The notes under the pieces were generated by a model that was given only the letters and a program-made list of their open reading frames with translations, made no database searches and was not told where the DNA came from. A stretch of 64,000 nucleotides of DNA, taken from the NCBI GenBank assembly GCA_009103225.1, contig RHPI01003261.1, positions 1-64,000 of the forward strand, given 5' to 3'. This stretch comes from Chlorokybus atmophyticus. Lineage: Eukaryota > Plantae > Mesostigma and Chlorokybus algae. This document shows, piece after piece, positions 8,238 to 22,634 of this stretch (position 1 is the first letter of the stretch; each line of letters opens with the position of its first letter). The translations under genes were made by a program, and so were the position numbers.

Positions 8238-11200
8238 ATGGTAAAGCTGCCGACTCTGGAGGATGTGGAGCTGTTCAGGTCGCAGGAGATGCAGCTGGTG
8301 CAGCTCATCATACCTGCGGAGGCGGCCCATGACACCGTGTTGTTTCTCGGGGAGATCGGCATGGTCCAGTTCAAGGACGTAAGTCTGTTACGTTTGTTAC
8401 GTTGGTTGTTAAGTCAGCCCATTCATGTCTGAGTCGTCACGGCAGCCAGTGCTTGAGCTCGCTGCCACGCAATTTTGTGCTGACTTGCTCAATGAAGCAT
8501 TCTCTCGCGGCATTTTCCTTATGGCAATGTGCATTGCGTGGTGTGGAAGCTGATGTGTTGTTATGATGGCAGTTGAACCCGGATAAAAGCGCTTTTCAGC
8601 GCACCTATGCAAACCAGGTTGGTGGCATACACCAGTTAGCTTGTACATCGTGCAATTCGCAGTATGTTGCTATCAAACTCCCATAGCAACTGATTTGTTG
8701 CTGTGGAAGTACCTGTCACACCCGCTCACCAGCTTTGATTACTCGCAGGTGAAGCGATGCGATGAGATGGCGCGCAGGCTCAGGTTCTTCCAAGATCAGA
8801 TGGCCAAAGCCAACATGCGTCCAGCTCCTCGGCCTGGTCTTGACAAAGACCTTGATCTTGATGAGTTGGAGGTGCGCATTGACCAATGCAGACTGTAGTA
8901 CAAAGTGGCAGTTACCCGTATTGTCCAACAAATTGTTTGCCCTGTTATTGGCAGACCAAGCTGCAGGAGCTAGAGACTGAGTTACTGGAAATTATTACGA
9001 ACACAGACAAGCTCAAAAAAAGTCATGCGGAGCTCGTGGAGATGCAGCTGGTGCTTGAGAAGGTGAGGCTTTGTCTGCGAGAGCGTTAGTATGTGCTGAT
9101 TGTCGTGCGCGCTGACCAGAATAGCTTGTTGGTGCTCGCTTAGAAGCATGTAGGTTTTTGCTGATGGTCATGTGAACATGTGTTAGGCATGCACTAGCTT
9201 ATGCATGCCTGCTGCCAGGCTGGAGCATTTTTCGACTCAGCAAATGACGGGGCGCGTCTGCGTCAGCAGGAGTTGGAGAGCTCAGGAGGTGTCGAGGAAG
9301 GGATGGCTAGCCCACTGCTGCAAGCTCCGGTGCGCTGTAGTGGGGCTTGCGCGCATGCAAGTCCTGGCGTTCTTGCCAATGCGCCCAGCAGCTGCCAAGC
9401 TGTACTTACTGGCCTGTCCCTTTGCAGCCACAAGATCCCAAGGCAGTGCGGTTGGGGTTTGTTGCTGGCGTGATTGCTCAAGACAAGCTGTTGAGCTTTG
9501 AACGTGTGCTCTTCCGTGCAACTCGCGGCAACATGTTTCTCAAGCAAGCTCCTATCGAAGGCATGGTCGTTGACCCCCACACGGGAGATAAGGTGCGCTT
9601 GGGTTGTTGTGTAATGGATTCCTTACCTGGGGTGCAGCACAGTACCTTTAATTATGTTGATCGCATTGGGTTTTTCCAGATGCACAAGGTTGTGTTTACC
9701 GTGTTCTTTGCTGGTGAGCGTGCTCGCTCAAAGATAGTCAAGATCTGTGATTCCTTCAATGCAAATCGCTATCCCTTCCCCGAGGATGTTGCGCGCAGGC
9801 GTCAGATGTATGCAGAGGTACGCCATTAGCTCCCTTGCCCGCACAACGGTTCTGGCTCGCTTATCTAGCATGTAGCATACCATAACCACCCTGCGCAGGT
9901 GAATGCACGACTGGCTGAGTTGCATACTACCATTGAGGCTGGTGTTAGACACCGCGACAGCGTGTTGAGCACAGTTGGGCACAGTCTGGAGCTGTGGACT
10001 CGAACGGTAAGTAGGGGTTTGCATCCGCCCTATATGTGTACTGGTGGCATGCTCTGCTGCTTAACGTGGTGTTACAGGTTCATAGAGAAAAGGCTATCTA
10101 CCATACGCTCAACTTGCTAAGCAGTGACGTGACGCGCAAATGCCTAATTGCGGAAGGCTGGTGCCCGACATCTGCTCGATCTCAGGTCACAAATGATCTG
10201 ATCCTGCACGCTTGTTTTGGCAATTCTGCCAGCGGTTAAGTTGCTGACTAGGGTGTCTGGCAGATACAAGATGCTTTGTACAGGGCGGGAGCAAACAGCA
10301 GTGCCACTGTCAGCACAGTGCTACAGCCGATTGCAACGAAAGAAATGCCACCAACCTTCTTCCAAACCAACAAGTTCACGGAGTGCTTTCAGGAAATTGT
10401 TAATGCCTATGGGTAAAGTGACATATCACCATTCCGCACATTTTAGTATTTGAATCGTCAATCAGCATTGGCAGTTGCCCAGCTAACCCAGCCTTGTATG
10501 TGTGCAATAGGATGGCTCGATACCGAGAAGTAAATCCAGCTGTCTTCACTATGGTCACTTTCCCATTCCTATTTGCGGTGATGTTTGGAGACTTCGGGCA
10601 TGGGCTTCTCATGCTTGCAGCAGCACTGTGGTTTATCCGCAATGAGAAGAAGCTTGGTTCTGAGGTATGGCTTGTCATGCGTTTGTGTTGACTAGGTACT
10701 GTTCTGTTGCCTCGATTGGGCAACCGAATGCTTTGCTATGCTTCAAGTGTCAATTGTGCCTTTTCTGCAGCCCTTGAACGAGATTATTGCAATGATTTAT
10801 GGAGGCCGCTATTGCATTCTGCTGATGGCAATATTCTCAGTTTATGTGGGCCTCATCTACAATGAGTGTTTCTCCATACCCATGAACTTTTTTGGAAAAT
10901 CTGGCTTCGACTGTCATGTCGCGTAAGCAATACTTTCTGCCCACCTTTCCGTCAGCATGCGTGCGTGTGTGGCACCTGACTGCCTTTCAGTATATGCCAC
11001 TTGGCATTGCACCAGGAGTGCATTCGATTGTTATCCAGTCATCAGCTCAGGTGACCTCGGTGATACAGGTGGGCGACCACGACTGGTTGCGATCCTCGGT
11101 TGCAAAACCCTGACGACCCCAACAGTGTTGTGGACGTGTACCCTGTTGGAGCGGATCCGGTCTGGCATGGAACGCGCACCGAGTTGCCATTCTTCAACTC

Positions 11201-12512
11201 GCTCAAGATGAAGATGTCCATCATTATGGGTGTCAGCCAGATGATCCTTGGCATCTTTATGAGCCTACTGAACGCGCGCTATTTCAAGATGGGCTTGAAT
11301 ATATGGTATGTTTGGCTATTGAACTCGCAGATTTGTTGTATATTGATTCTGTCTGGCAGAGAGGCGGCCTGCAGTCCGTTGTGACCCACAATTCACTTCT
11401 GTGTGCAGGTGTGAGTTTGTGCCACAGATGCTGTTCCTCAATGCACTTTTTGGGTATCTGTCACTCCTGATCATCATCAAGTGGTGGTCGGGCTCTACGG
11501 CTGATTTGTATCATGTCATGATTTACATGTTCCTGTCCCCTGGTCTGGTTGAAGATGAGAACCGCCTCTTCCCGGGCCAGGCCGGCGTCCAGGTGCACCT
11601 TGGGCCACGTGTTGTTTGCCCTGAGCGGCTCATGGAGTACTGTAAGGTAGTTGTCAGTGAGGTGTGCGCAAGACTCATGTGTGTATACCGCATCTGCAGG
11701 TGCTGCTGGTGCTGATAGCGGTTGTGTGCGTCCCTTGGATGCTGATACCCAAGCCATTGATTCTTCGCAAGCGCTACTTGGCGGTAAGTGCTGCTACTGA
11801 CTCTTAGCCGCTCATCAGCGAGGTGATGCTTGTTGTTATCATGTAGAGCAAGCGAGGCGCCACATATGGCGTGCTCGGTGCCGCTGACTCTGAGGACGAC
11901 ACGCCTTCTTCACCACATGATGACCATGGAGGACACGGGGAGCACTTTGAGTTTGGAGAGGTCATGGTGCACCAGATGATCCACACGATTGAGTTTGTGC
12001 TGGGCGCCGTTTCCAACACTGCATCATACTTGCGGCTGTGGGCTCTGAGGTGAGTGTCTTGCAGGTGGAAGCATCCCGCAAGCCAGTCATATGACTGCCC
12101 TAGATGTGTGTCTCTGTAGCAGTTGTGTTGGCCTTGCGTCACGCTGACAATGTGTTGTGTGCAGTTTGGCACACGCCCAGCTGTCTGCTGTATTTTATGA
12201 CCGCATCCTTATGCTCTCCATAGGGTAAGAACCTGTAGTAATAAGCTTCTGTACGAGAATCCAGTCTATCTACGCTCCTCGTGTCTGCTGACATGTGCAT
12301 TATTTGGCAGATACGGGAGTGTCCCCGGCATTGTGGTTGGCTTTGCGGTATGGTTTGGTGTGACAATGGGAGTGTTGATGGTGATGGAGTCTCTCAGCGC
12401 CTTCCTGCACGCGCTGCGTCTGCACTGGGTCGAATTCATGAACAAGTTTTACATCGGCGACGGCTACCGCTTTGTGCCCTTCAGCTTCGTTGTGCCGCAG
12501 GAAGAATTGTGA
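8238..12512 (+). CDS. VHA-a: V-type proton ATPase subunit a, multi-exon
   Basis: [77 protein letters not shown] and [28 protein letters not shown]. Confidence 0.97.
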
Positions 12513-13696
12513 TTGTGTACGACTGATGTAGTCTAGCTGGTAGCAAACTGGGTCGATTTGTATAAGAGTTGCAAATGTGGTACTGCTGGGTTGCGCTTGA
12601 AGCATGTGTCGGGCTTGCCCATTGTGTCAGCTGCTGCTGATGTGTCGTTTGTATGTTGCCTTGTTCAAAGTGTATGTGGCTAACGTAGGCCATCATCATA
12701 TAGTAATGCAGGAAATCAGCAGACAGCATATGTACATGGGTTGGCACGCAGAGACTGCGGGAGGACATAGTGCGAGTGCATATATGCATTGCGGTCAGGG
12801 GTGGGCATGTCCTGCTATACCGGTGAGTAGTAGATTACCCACCCAATGGCATGTTTCAGCTGCCGGCATTACAGACATCAACCTGGGGGCCTGGTGTTGT
12901 TGAAGATGTGCGTGGGAAATTGCATCCAGTGTGATGGTGGAGACTCGAGCAAGCGCGGCGTTGTCCTCAGCAGTTCGTTGCCCCACTCCTTAGCTTGTTC
13001 TTGCACGTTGCGGCAATCTTATGCCAAAGCGTTGTTCTAGTGTGAAGGAGAGATACCGAAGGCCAGCCCCATGACATATTATGCGGCCTCAGTATGCAAT
13101 TCGTTTTTGTAAATATGTTTATAATGCAGGGTGCTTGGTATCCGTAATGTATGGCAGGCCTGCTTGAAAAGGAAAAGGTCGTTGTCGTGGTGGTCACGCA
13201 GGGCATTGGTTCGTTTGGTACTCTATCAGCAGAGCTAACTCTCAGGTTTGCCTCATACATTTGTTGGTTGGTTTGTTGTGGCTGTATGTATTGCTATTGC
13301 AGTTGCCCGTGTAATGCCACCCGCCTTGCCTTGCCTTGCCTTGCCCATTGGCCCTGTTGTATGTGTTGCATCGTATGCACTGTGGCAAGGCAGGGTTTGG
13401 GCGAAAAGCAACAAACCATCAACCAGGCACAGCAGTGACGTAGTCGCATCTAGAGTGAAGCTTCGAACAAGCTGACTTACGAACAAATTGCAGCAAAAAC
13501 GCAACGCGCAAAGTCCTGCCCAGCCAAGTGAGCGCTATCCTCTTTACTACTCCTTGTACTCCTGGCCCACAGCTCGACACAGATCCGCAACACCCATCAA
13601 GCCTAGTATAACCATGCTTCACATCACCACCTACTCGCCCTGCTACCCCACCACCATGAAGTCCTCCTCCTGCCGCCGCCGCCGCCCAAACCCCAT

Positions 13697-13732
13697 TTTG
13701 AATGTTAGGGTTTTCCCGCCTTCAGTTTCAAA
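13697..13732 (+). promoter_or_regulatory. Cell-cycle promoter module upstream of SMC4: CHR-like TTTGAA, telo-box, E2F site TTTCCCGC, TTCAAA
   Basis: TTTGAA 13697-13702, TTAGGGTTTT 13705-13714, TTTCCCGC 13712-13719 and TTCAAA 13727-13732, all about 100-140 bp before the ATG. Confidence 0.55.
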
Positions 13733-13834
13733 ACTGTGAAGCCGTTTGGTTTTGCTGCAGCGGCGGCGGGAGCGGCGGGGGCGTTATCGTCGGCGGGTGT
13801 CTTTCACTTGAGCAGGCCTAGGGAAGTTGTCGTC

Positions 13835-16800
13835 ATGGAGGACGTGGCCAAAAGGGACGAAGCGGGTAGCGATGTTTCTGCCGAGGTCGTCGGCAATGGC
13901 GCCGGGCCCCAGGAGGAGGGGAAGGTTGGAGAGGAGGAGGAGGCAGCGGTGAAGGCGGAGGTGGAGAAGGAGTCCTTCGTGCAACACTCCCCGGCGGTGA
14001 CGCTGACGCAGCCAGAGGTATCGCCGCCTGCCTCTGCGCCTCCTCCTCACGAGCAGCAGCAGCAGAGGCAGAGGCTGGTCATAAGGGAGATGGTGCTGGA
14101 GAACTTCAAGTCGTATGCTGGAGAGCAGCGCATTGGGCCTTTTCACAAGGTGTGAGCGGCACACTCACACAGTCATAGCAGCAATAATGTATGTAGTAAT
14201 GTGGTGCACACGCATGGAAGAAAGGGTACATTCAGTGTGCGGTGCGCCGCTAGCGAGTGCATGTGCTGATGTAGTTTTATGGTCGATTAATTAAGCAAAA
14301 CTTGTGTAAAGATGCAACAGCAACGCAACCACTTTGGTAGGAATGCCAATTGGAACAGAACTCACAGTTCAGTTTGCATGCAGATGACAGTATGTTAAGA
14401 ACGGTGTAGTCAGCAGGCATATTGGTCACATTGTATCGCTGTTGATGCACAGCTCGCCTACAGTCTCCTCTTGACGTGCTATATGACAGTGCTTCTCGTC
14501 TGTGGTTGGGCCCAATGGAAGCGGCAAATCCAACGTAATTGATGCGCTGCTATTTGTCTTTGCGCGTCGCGCCAAGCAGGTATCTCTTTGAGCCTTCCAA
14601 GCACAACAATGCTCACACGTGCAATCCTGCCAGGGCACTAGTAACATCTGCTATTGACATGATACTCGCTGTGTGCTTGTGCAGATGCGCTTGAACAAAG
14701 TGTCTGAGCTGATTCACAACTCAACACACCATCAAAACCTTGATTACGCAAGCGTCTCTGTGTACTTCCAAGAGATCATCGACACGGTAAGCTTACAGTA
14801 CAGTCATGGATAAGCTCGTCATATTTACGATACCAATCAGTCTGTCAACCAGCAGGACGTTGACGAAGGCTTTGAGGTGGTGCCCAACAGCGAGCTCGTT
14901 GTCACGCGCGTGGCATACCGCAACAACACTTCCAAGTATCTCATCAACGGCCGCAACAGCAATGCTGGGGAGGTCACAACTGTCCTGAAAGGCAAGGGCG
15001 TTGACCTCGACAACAACCGTTTCCTCATCTTGCAGGTAAGTACTTGAAGCAACCTCACACGTGCCGGGTGAAGTTTGTGCATGTTTGATTGAGACACACA
15101 ACTTGCAGGGAGAGGTTGAGCAGATTGCTATGATGAAGCCCAAAGGGCAGGGTCCCCATGATGAGGGACTGTTGGAGTATCTTGAGGACATCATCGGCAC
15201 GAACCAGTACGTGCAGCAGATTGAGGAGACGGCAGTAAGGTAGTTGCTCTTGACACTACACTAGTTACCATTCACGCATGACCATCACAACAGCACATAG
15301 TGCGTAGCGTTGGTTTGCAACTCCACACATGTTTTGCCCTAGGCTTGAGGAGATGAATGACCAACGACAAGGCATGGTGCAGCGTGTCAAGATTGTTGAA
15401 AAAGATCTTGCCGGACTGGAGGTAAAAAAACGGTGTGAAGCTTCATTCACTACGCATGGAGAATTTACATACATTGTAACCCTTGACACATATGATTGCA
15501 GGGTCCCAAGAAAGAGGCTGAAGCGTATCAGCAGAAAGAGAATGAGCTCCTGACTTGCCGCAGCAACCTGTACCAGCTGTATCAGTGGCAATGCACTGTC
15601 AACGCTGGGGACTTTGAGGCGCAGCGAGAGAAGGAAGAGGAAAAGCTGCAGCAGGAAAGGTGCGTGACTGGCTCCAAGCCTGATTGGGGCATAGTACGTT
15701 GCTATCTGCTGTGAAATGAACAGCAGCACCAAGACAATACACCTAACAGGGCGAAGTTAGAGGAACATAAGAAGGAGCTTGATGAGCTGCAGCGGTCTTA
15801 TGAGAACCACAGAGCAGAGCACACGGTAAGAGGCCAGCCACAGCTGGATATGCATAAAGTTATAGTTGTATGTGTTGATTAAAATTAGAACCGCGTGACG
15901 GAGGTGGCAAATCAACATCACCTGCTTACTCAGGCAATCATCAAGGAGCTTGCTCAGTGCCAAGAGGACTTCTCATCATTCGAGCGCAAGGATATACAGT
16001 ACAGAGAGAGTCTCAAGCACGTGAAGTCAAAGCTCAAGAAGCTTGACGACAAGATCACCAAGGTTCACATCAAACAATTTAAGATGAAGGCCAAGGCTGC
16101 ATTGCATCGGCGATTTGCATGTGTCTCAACTGCATGAATTGTTGAAATGCAGGATGCAGCAAAGCAAGGCAAATTGCAAGAAGAGAGCGCTGCGGCCACA
16201 GAAGAGATTCCAAAGCTAGAGGCAAAGCAGGAAAAGCTGGGCGTCAAACTGTCAGTGGACGAGCAAGTGCTGCAGCAGATGCTTGACGGCATCAAAGGTG
16301 AGGACAGGTCTTTTTATCGATGTTATGTCATCTTTATGTCGCTCAGCCCCTTGGTGAGCCCTTGCAAGATGCAGTTTCTCCTATGCAGATGAGGTTGAGG
16401 GCTACAGAATGCAGCTGGACACCGTGCAAGAAAAGCTTGCGCCCTGGGAGCGACAGCTGTCCGAGCTTCAGTCGCAGTCTGATGTTGCTTCATCTGAGCG
16501 TGATCTTCTGACATCAAAGGTAATGCATGCAGGGCTGTTGCACATATACTGTGTATCTAGCTTGTTGTTGACAATGTTTGTGCGTGTAGCAAACGGCTGC
16601 CCAGAGTCAGTATGATGAAGCACTCGGCAACTGCGAAGACATCAAGGAGAAGATAGTCAGCAAAGAGCAGGACATAAGCCGCATGCTTGCTTGTTTGGAG
16701 GAACAGCAGGCCACAGCCAAAGCAGCAAGAAAGACCGAACAAGTGGGAAACACATTGCAACGACATATGCGCGCACTCACACATGTGCACGCATCTTTGG

Positions 16801-19800
16801 TGTTGTTATAATCTCACACTTGCAGGAAACTGTGAAGCGTGCAGCAGCTCTGACAGACCGGTTGAAGACTGTCCGTGGACGCGTGGCTGAGAAAAAGTCT
16901 GTTCAGTCCCAGGAGAAGTCGAGGGGTGCGGTCCTCAAGGCCTTGCTTGAAGGGAAGGCCACTGGCAAGCTCACCGGCATCTATGGCCGCCTCGGCGACT
17001 TAGGCGCCATTGACGGTATATTTATGATGTATAATGTGCTGGCAACTTGTCATGTTGTTGTCTGCGCACTGTTGTTGTATGCATGCAGAACATGTGCGAA
17101 TACTGGCATATACCATACACTGACTGCAGTGCTTGGCAAGTTCCAGGCAGTAGTTGTATGGAGATATGTCGAACAGTAGTGAACTATTGTGATGGTGCAA
17201 TGCAGCTAAGTATGATGTGGCCATCTCCACTGCCTGCGGTGCTTTGGACTACTTGCTGGTAGAAAGCACTGCTGATGCGCAGAAGTGCGTCGAGTTCTTG
17301 CGCACAAACAGCCTCGGCGTCGCAACCTTTCTCATTCTGGTACACAAAACACCTGCCTTGAGACTCTTCCCTCCACGCAGCCGTTTGTGTGATGTTGACT
17401 TTTGCTATTGATGTCTGACTGCATTCCCCTTTGAAGGAGAAGCAACGTAACTTAGAAGGCGTGATGAGGGAAAAGCACCAGCCTCCAGAGAATGTGCCAC
17501 GCCTGTTTGACCTAATCAAGGTTAGACAACGCATGCGTGCTGTTGGCAATGCGATTGCTGTACGAGCGGTTGTGTGCAAACAGTCCATAGTACTCCCTTG
17601 ACTTAAGTTGAGATAATCCGCTGCCAGGTGCAAGATGAGCGGTTGCTGCCAGCTTTCTTCTTTGCATTGCGCAACACTGTTGTTGCTGAGGACTTGGAGC
17701 AGGTGAGCTTGCAGTGATGACACAACGCAAGTGTTGCAGACATGCATATGCACACGCATGCACGCATGCGCACATGCATGCACACTCTCACGCGGAAACA
17801 CGCGCGCACACACTGAGCAGCCGCACATTCTCACGTTCTCCTGTCACGCAGGCCACACGCATCGCCTACGGCAAAGACACGCGCTTCCGCCGCGTGGTCA
17901 CGCTCGAGGGCCAGTTGATTGAGACCTCGGGCACGATGTCGGGTGGCGGCGGGAGGCCGATTGCGGGGAAGATGGGCTCGAAGGTGGTGGCTGCGGACGC
18001 TGCGGGCGAGTCCGAGCTGGCGAAGCTCGAACATGAGATGACGAGTGCGGCCACTGCGCTGGAGACTGCGCAGAAAGAGGCGGCTGAGCACGCTGCAAAG
18101 GCGGCTGAGGCGGAGAAGACGGTGGCTGAGCTGGAACTTGCCATACCCAAAGCGAAGATGGAGGTATAATGCTAGCTGCATGTGGATGAACACAGGCACA
18201 TGCATATGCACAACATCATGTGTGCATGTGGTTGAGCAAGCACATGCACAGCTTTACGTGTGAGAGTTGTGCTTGTGGACGTGTGCTTGTGCTGGAACAT
18301 GCACGACTTGCAGACATGGTTGTGCAGTTCTTGCAAGTCAAAAACTTGATATAGCAAGTGATGTCATTGAAGTCATAGGAGTACATCAACATATCAACTT
18401 TCACTCAATGAGCCCAAGATGGTATTACACCCACGAGGCAGTGGGCTGTGTGCTTGTGAATTCCAACAATTTGGTCCGCAGGTGACAGCGCTGCGAGAGC
18501 AGCTGCGCAATGTGGAGCAGCGCTTGAAAGGCCTCAAGGCTGCCATTGCCATGAGCGCGGAGGACAAGGCGCGCGTGGCTCATCTGGAGAATGTTGTCTC
18601 GCGCGCCACCGCTGAGATGGAGAAGGTCAAAAAGAGCTCTGCCAAGCTCCACCAGCAGGTACGTACCCTCGTGATATGTATCAGGATGTGTATGACCACA
18701 CGAACACATGCTGGCTTGCGATGTTGAAGTTCTTATTACACAGTGCTTACATGTACACTTTCTTACTGCCTAAGCCAACACAGTGTTGAAAACTGCACTG
18801 TGTTGTATGTATCAGTCTGTGGTAGCCCGCTACGAGGTGATTTGATGTTGTTCTCTGCTGCTTATCATGCAGGTCAGCGAGCTGCAAACACAGATAGAAC
18901 ATGCTGGAGGCGAGGCATTGAAGAAGCAGAAGCAGACTGTAGCTGACTTGCAGCAGGTATGCGCTGTATGTTGCATGTTGGTCGGTTCATGTAACTGCAT
19001 AACAGTCAGATATGATTTTGCACACATAGTATACATTTTGGCCTCTGGCGACACCAGATCATTAGCGATACATCATCGGCAATGAGCAAAGCCAAAGTCC
19101 TCATCACGACAAACGCCAAGGCAGTGGAGAAGCTGGCTGTTGTTCTGTCCGAGTCGGAGAAAGAGCGCGAGCAGCTGCACGCACAAACCGAGCAGCTGAA
19201 GAGCGACTTCAAACAGCTCGAGAGCGAGGCTTTCGACGTCATGGAGGCCGTCAAAAAGACACAACAGGTAGCTGTTGCTGTTTTCGCTGCTCTGGTTGTG
19301 TGAACTGTTGGAGGTGATTTGGATTCAAGGAGTGTTCGTGCAGGTTGTTGATGAGAAGGCCAGTCGGCTGACATTGATACAAGCAGAGTACCACGACAGG
19401 AAGAAGAATGTGGACACGCTGCGCACAGCAGAGGTACGTCTGTGCGCGCATGTGTGGTTTTGGTCACAGCGTTGGGTGCTAACAAAGTAGTTCATGCACA
19501 TAAGCTCATGGCGATTGCACAAAACTTCAGGTTGAGCTGGCCAACCGCATTGACGACTTCAGAAGAGAGATCAAAGAGAACAGAGCTAGGGCGACTCAAT
19601 GGGCCAAGAAAATTGAAGACACCCGACAACAGCACGCAGAGTAAGCCACGACTGACATGAGCACACACAACCATTGTTGGCGTGTGAATGTTTCGCTTAA
19701 CAACCACTATGCAGTTCTCTCGCTCAGAGCGGAAGCTCCCCGGACACGCTTCCAGCAACACTTACTAAAGAAGAGCTCCAGGGCGCATCGCAAGAAGAAG

Positions 19801-21039
19801 CCGAGCACGCGATGGCTTCGCTTGATGAGCAACTTGCCCAAATGCAGCCCAACATGGCTGCAATCAATGAGTGAGTATTGTCCCGCATAATGTGCTCGTG
19901 CGTGTGGTATTCAATGTTTCAGTCATGCATTGGCTTCAACATGATCACGCAGGTATCGACGGAAAGAGCAGGACTATGCTGAGCGTGCACGAGACTTGGA
20001 GAAGGCCACTTCAGAGCGGGATGGCGTGCGACAAACCTATGATGCGGTCTGCAAACGAAGGTATGCGCTGATGGGAGGGTTATATTACACGACCTGCCCG
20101 GCTTCAGCACTCAGGAAGTATTGATGTATGGTTGATTTACCTTACCTTTCGATGCAGGTTGGATGAGTTCATGGAAGGCTTCAACACAATCAGCATGAAG
20201 CTCAAGGAGATGTATCAGGTGACTGCACATGCAGGAACAAATGGATGTTTGTTATGTTACGCTTGTTCATCACTAGCCACTGCAAAGCATTGAATACAAT
20301 CAATATGGTGGGTCTCCTTGCAGATGATTACTCTTGGGGGTGATGCTGAACTGGAACTCGTGGACTCGCTTGACCCTTTCTCTGAAGGCATCGTGTTCAG
20401 CGTCCGCCCGCCCAAGAAGAGCTGGAAAAACATATGCAACCTTTCTGGTGGAGAAAAGGTGAGTGCACGCATAAAATATCAAAGTGAAAACCGCATATGC
20501 CAACCTGCACTCCTGGCTGATTGTGTGTTGAGCAGACTCTGAGCTCGCTGGCGCTCGTGTTTGCTCTTCACCACTACAAGCCAACTCCGCTCTATGTCAT
20601 GGATGAGATTGATGCTGCATTGGGTAAGCGCTTGCGTGTGTCCTGACTCCCAGTCTGCAATCAACTTTGATACTTACAACAAGCGTAACATTGTGCGTGT
20701 TGGGGGTATGTTGTAGACTTCAAGAATGTCTCCATTGTGGCGCATTACATCAAGGAGAGGACAAAGGATGCGCAGTTTGTCATCATCAGGTACAAGCTGT
20801 GGGAAAGACCTGTTGCGTGCGTGTGGGAAAGACCTGTTGCGTGCATGCGTGTCTGTTCATGAAGTTGTGGTCATGGGTTATTGGAAGAGTGTGTCTCCAG
20901 TACTGATGGTTCACTGGTGTCCAGTTTGCGCAACAACATGTTTGAGCTTGCGGACCGGTTGGTTGGCATCTACAAGACAGACAATACCACCAAGAGCGTG
21001 ACTATCAACCCGGGTAGCTTTGTGGTGGCTGCTGCTTGA
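13835..21039 (+). CDS. SMC4: Condensin subunit SMC4, multi-exon
   Basis: [54 protein letters not shown], hinge [13 protein letters not shown] and [52 protein letters not shown]. Confidence 0.97.
20790..20840. repeat. ~24-bp tandem duplication in an SMC4 intron
   Basis: gtgggaaagacctgttgcgtgc occurs twice in tandem. Confidence 0.8.
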
Positions 21040-22016
21040 AGTGTATATGCAACAACTACATTGATGTATGATACTAGTTTTACAGCATACTGTACATTAC
21101 AACACTATATTGTATATTCTCTGCTGGGAATGTTGCTGCTGCACTGTTGCTGGGTTCTTGATGGTTATGCATAGTCATAGTCAGTCGCGATGCGATCTGC
21201 CTCCTCCCCTCTGCAAATGAGCCTGTCATAGGTGTACATAAACCTCAAGAACTATTCTAGGCATGCAATAAATGCCTTGCGTTGAACATGCACAGTGTCA
21301 CTCACTGACTGCCAGCACACGCCATTCTTCCAACACATACCTTCATTTGCCAACCAACACCACCGGGCACAGCCAACTACTTACAGCTATTTACTACTAG
21401 CTACCCCACCCTGTTAGTGATGCACATGCAGTGGTTTTTACCTGTACTTGTCGCAGTTTACAACACTCATGCACACTTGTTTGCATATCTGCTTGGAAAC
21501 ACACGCATGCCATGCGCATAGGCTTTCTAAACAGAGGCAAAGCATGCAAGCACACCGCACAGCACACAGCCACAAGGGCCAGAACACTCAATCACACGGG
21601 CGCAAGCCAAGCGTAGCTAAGTGCACTAACTATGTGCGTGAGGCGAGCGGTGCATCAGGCCCACACAACCTAACATGTCAAGCAGGCCCAATATGCGCTA
21701 TGCACAGCGACTCTGTAAGGCACAGCTGAACTAGCGCCACAGTCGCAGCTCTCCATCAGCAAAAGCACTAATGCAGCACTATTGCACAGCTCGGGAAACG
21801 ACCTTAGGGAGCTTCGGTCCATCTGTGTCCATGGAAAAGCCACCAAGCAAGCATCACTAGTGGTGATTTTGCTACACGACTGCTACGTTTGCTACATGCT
21901 TACAGTAACCTTGCTACACTGCACCACCGTGCACACGCTACGTCCCTACTGTTGATGCATGCGTGCAAAAGAAGGAGCGAAACAGCCGCACCTACGAGCA
22001 CAGTTCAGGTGTAAGC

Positions 22017-22596
22017 ATGCCGCTAGCGCCGGCGGCGGCGGTGCTGCCGGCGGCGGCGGGTCTTGCGTCGTTGTCGTCGTTGTCGTCGTCATCGTCATCG
22101 CGGCTGCCAAGCCAGCTCTCACCTCCTCCGTCCCTCAGCCTGCCGCACGTCAAGCCAGCTGCGCAACACCTCAGACACAGACTCCCACTACTCAACTCCT
22201 CCAGCCTCAGCCGCCAGGCCAGGCCAAGCACCAGGCCAGGTCAATGCAGCGCTGAGCCTGGAGCTTCCTCTCCTCCTCCTCCTTCAGCTTCACAGCCTTC
22301 CACACCTCCACAGCAGCAGGACACTGCCGCAGGTGTGGGATAGATGCTAGAGTCAGACCTCTCATCCACAAGTTGTTATTGTAAGAGTTTCATCCTTCTG
22401 TGTATGTGCATGTGTGTTTGTGACTTGTAATTGATTGATTCGCTCAGCTGCGTGGCGTGTTTTGGATGAGTACAACCTCAATGACGCTGCGGGCAAGTTG
22501 CAGAGCGTTGATCGCATTGAGCTGAGAGACTGCGTGCTTGCTGCGGCTGAGGCAAGCGCTGCAGCAGGAGAAAGCCCACTACTTGGGGTGAGAATG

Positions 22597-22634
<38 letters not shown>

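Noticed and set aside
13080-13700. Small gene divergent from SMC4
   Set aside because: A good splice donor exists near 13480, but no ATG-initiated frame of useful length. It may be a non-coding transcript, which cannot be supported from sequence alone.
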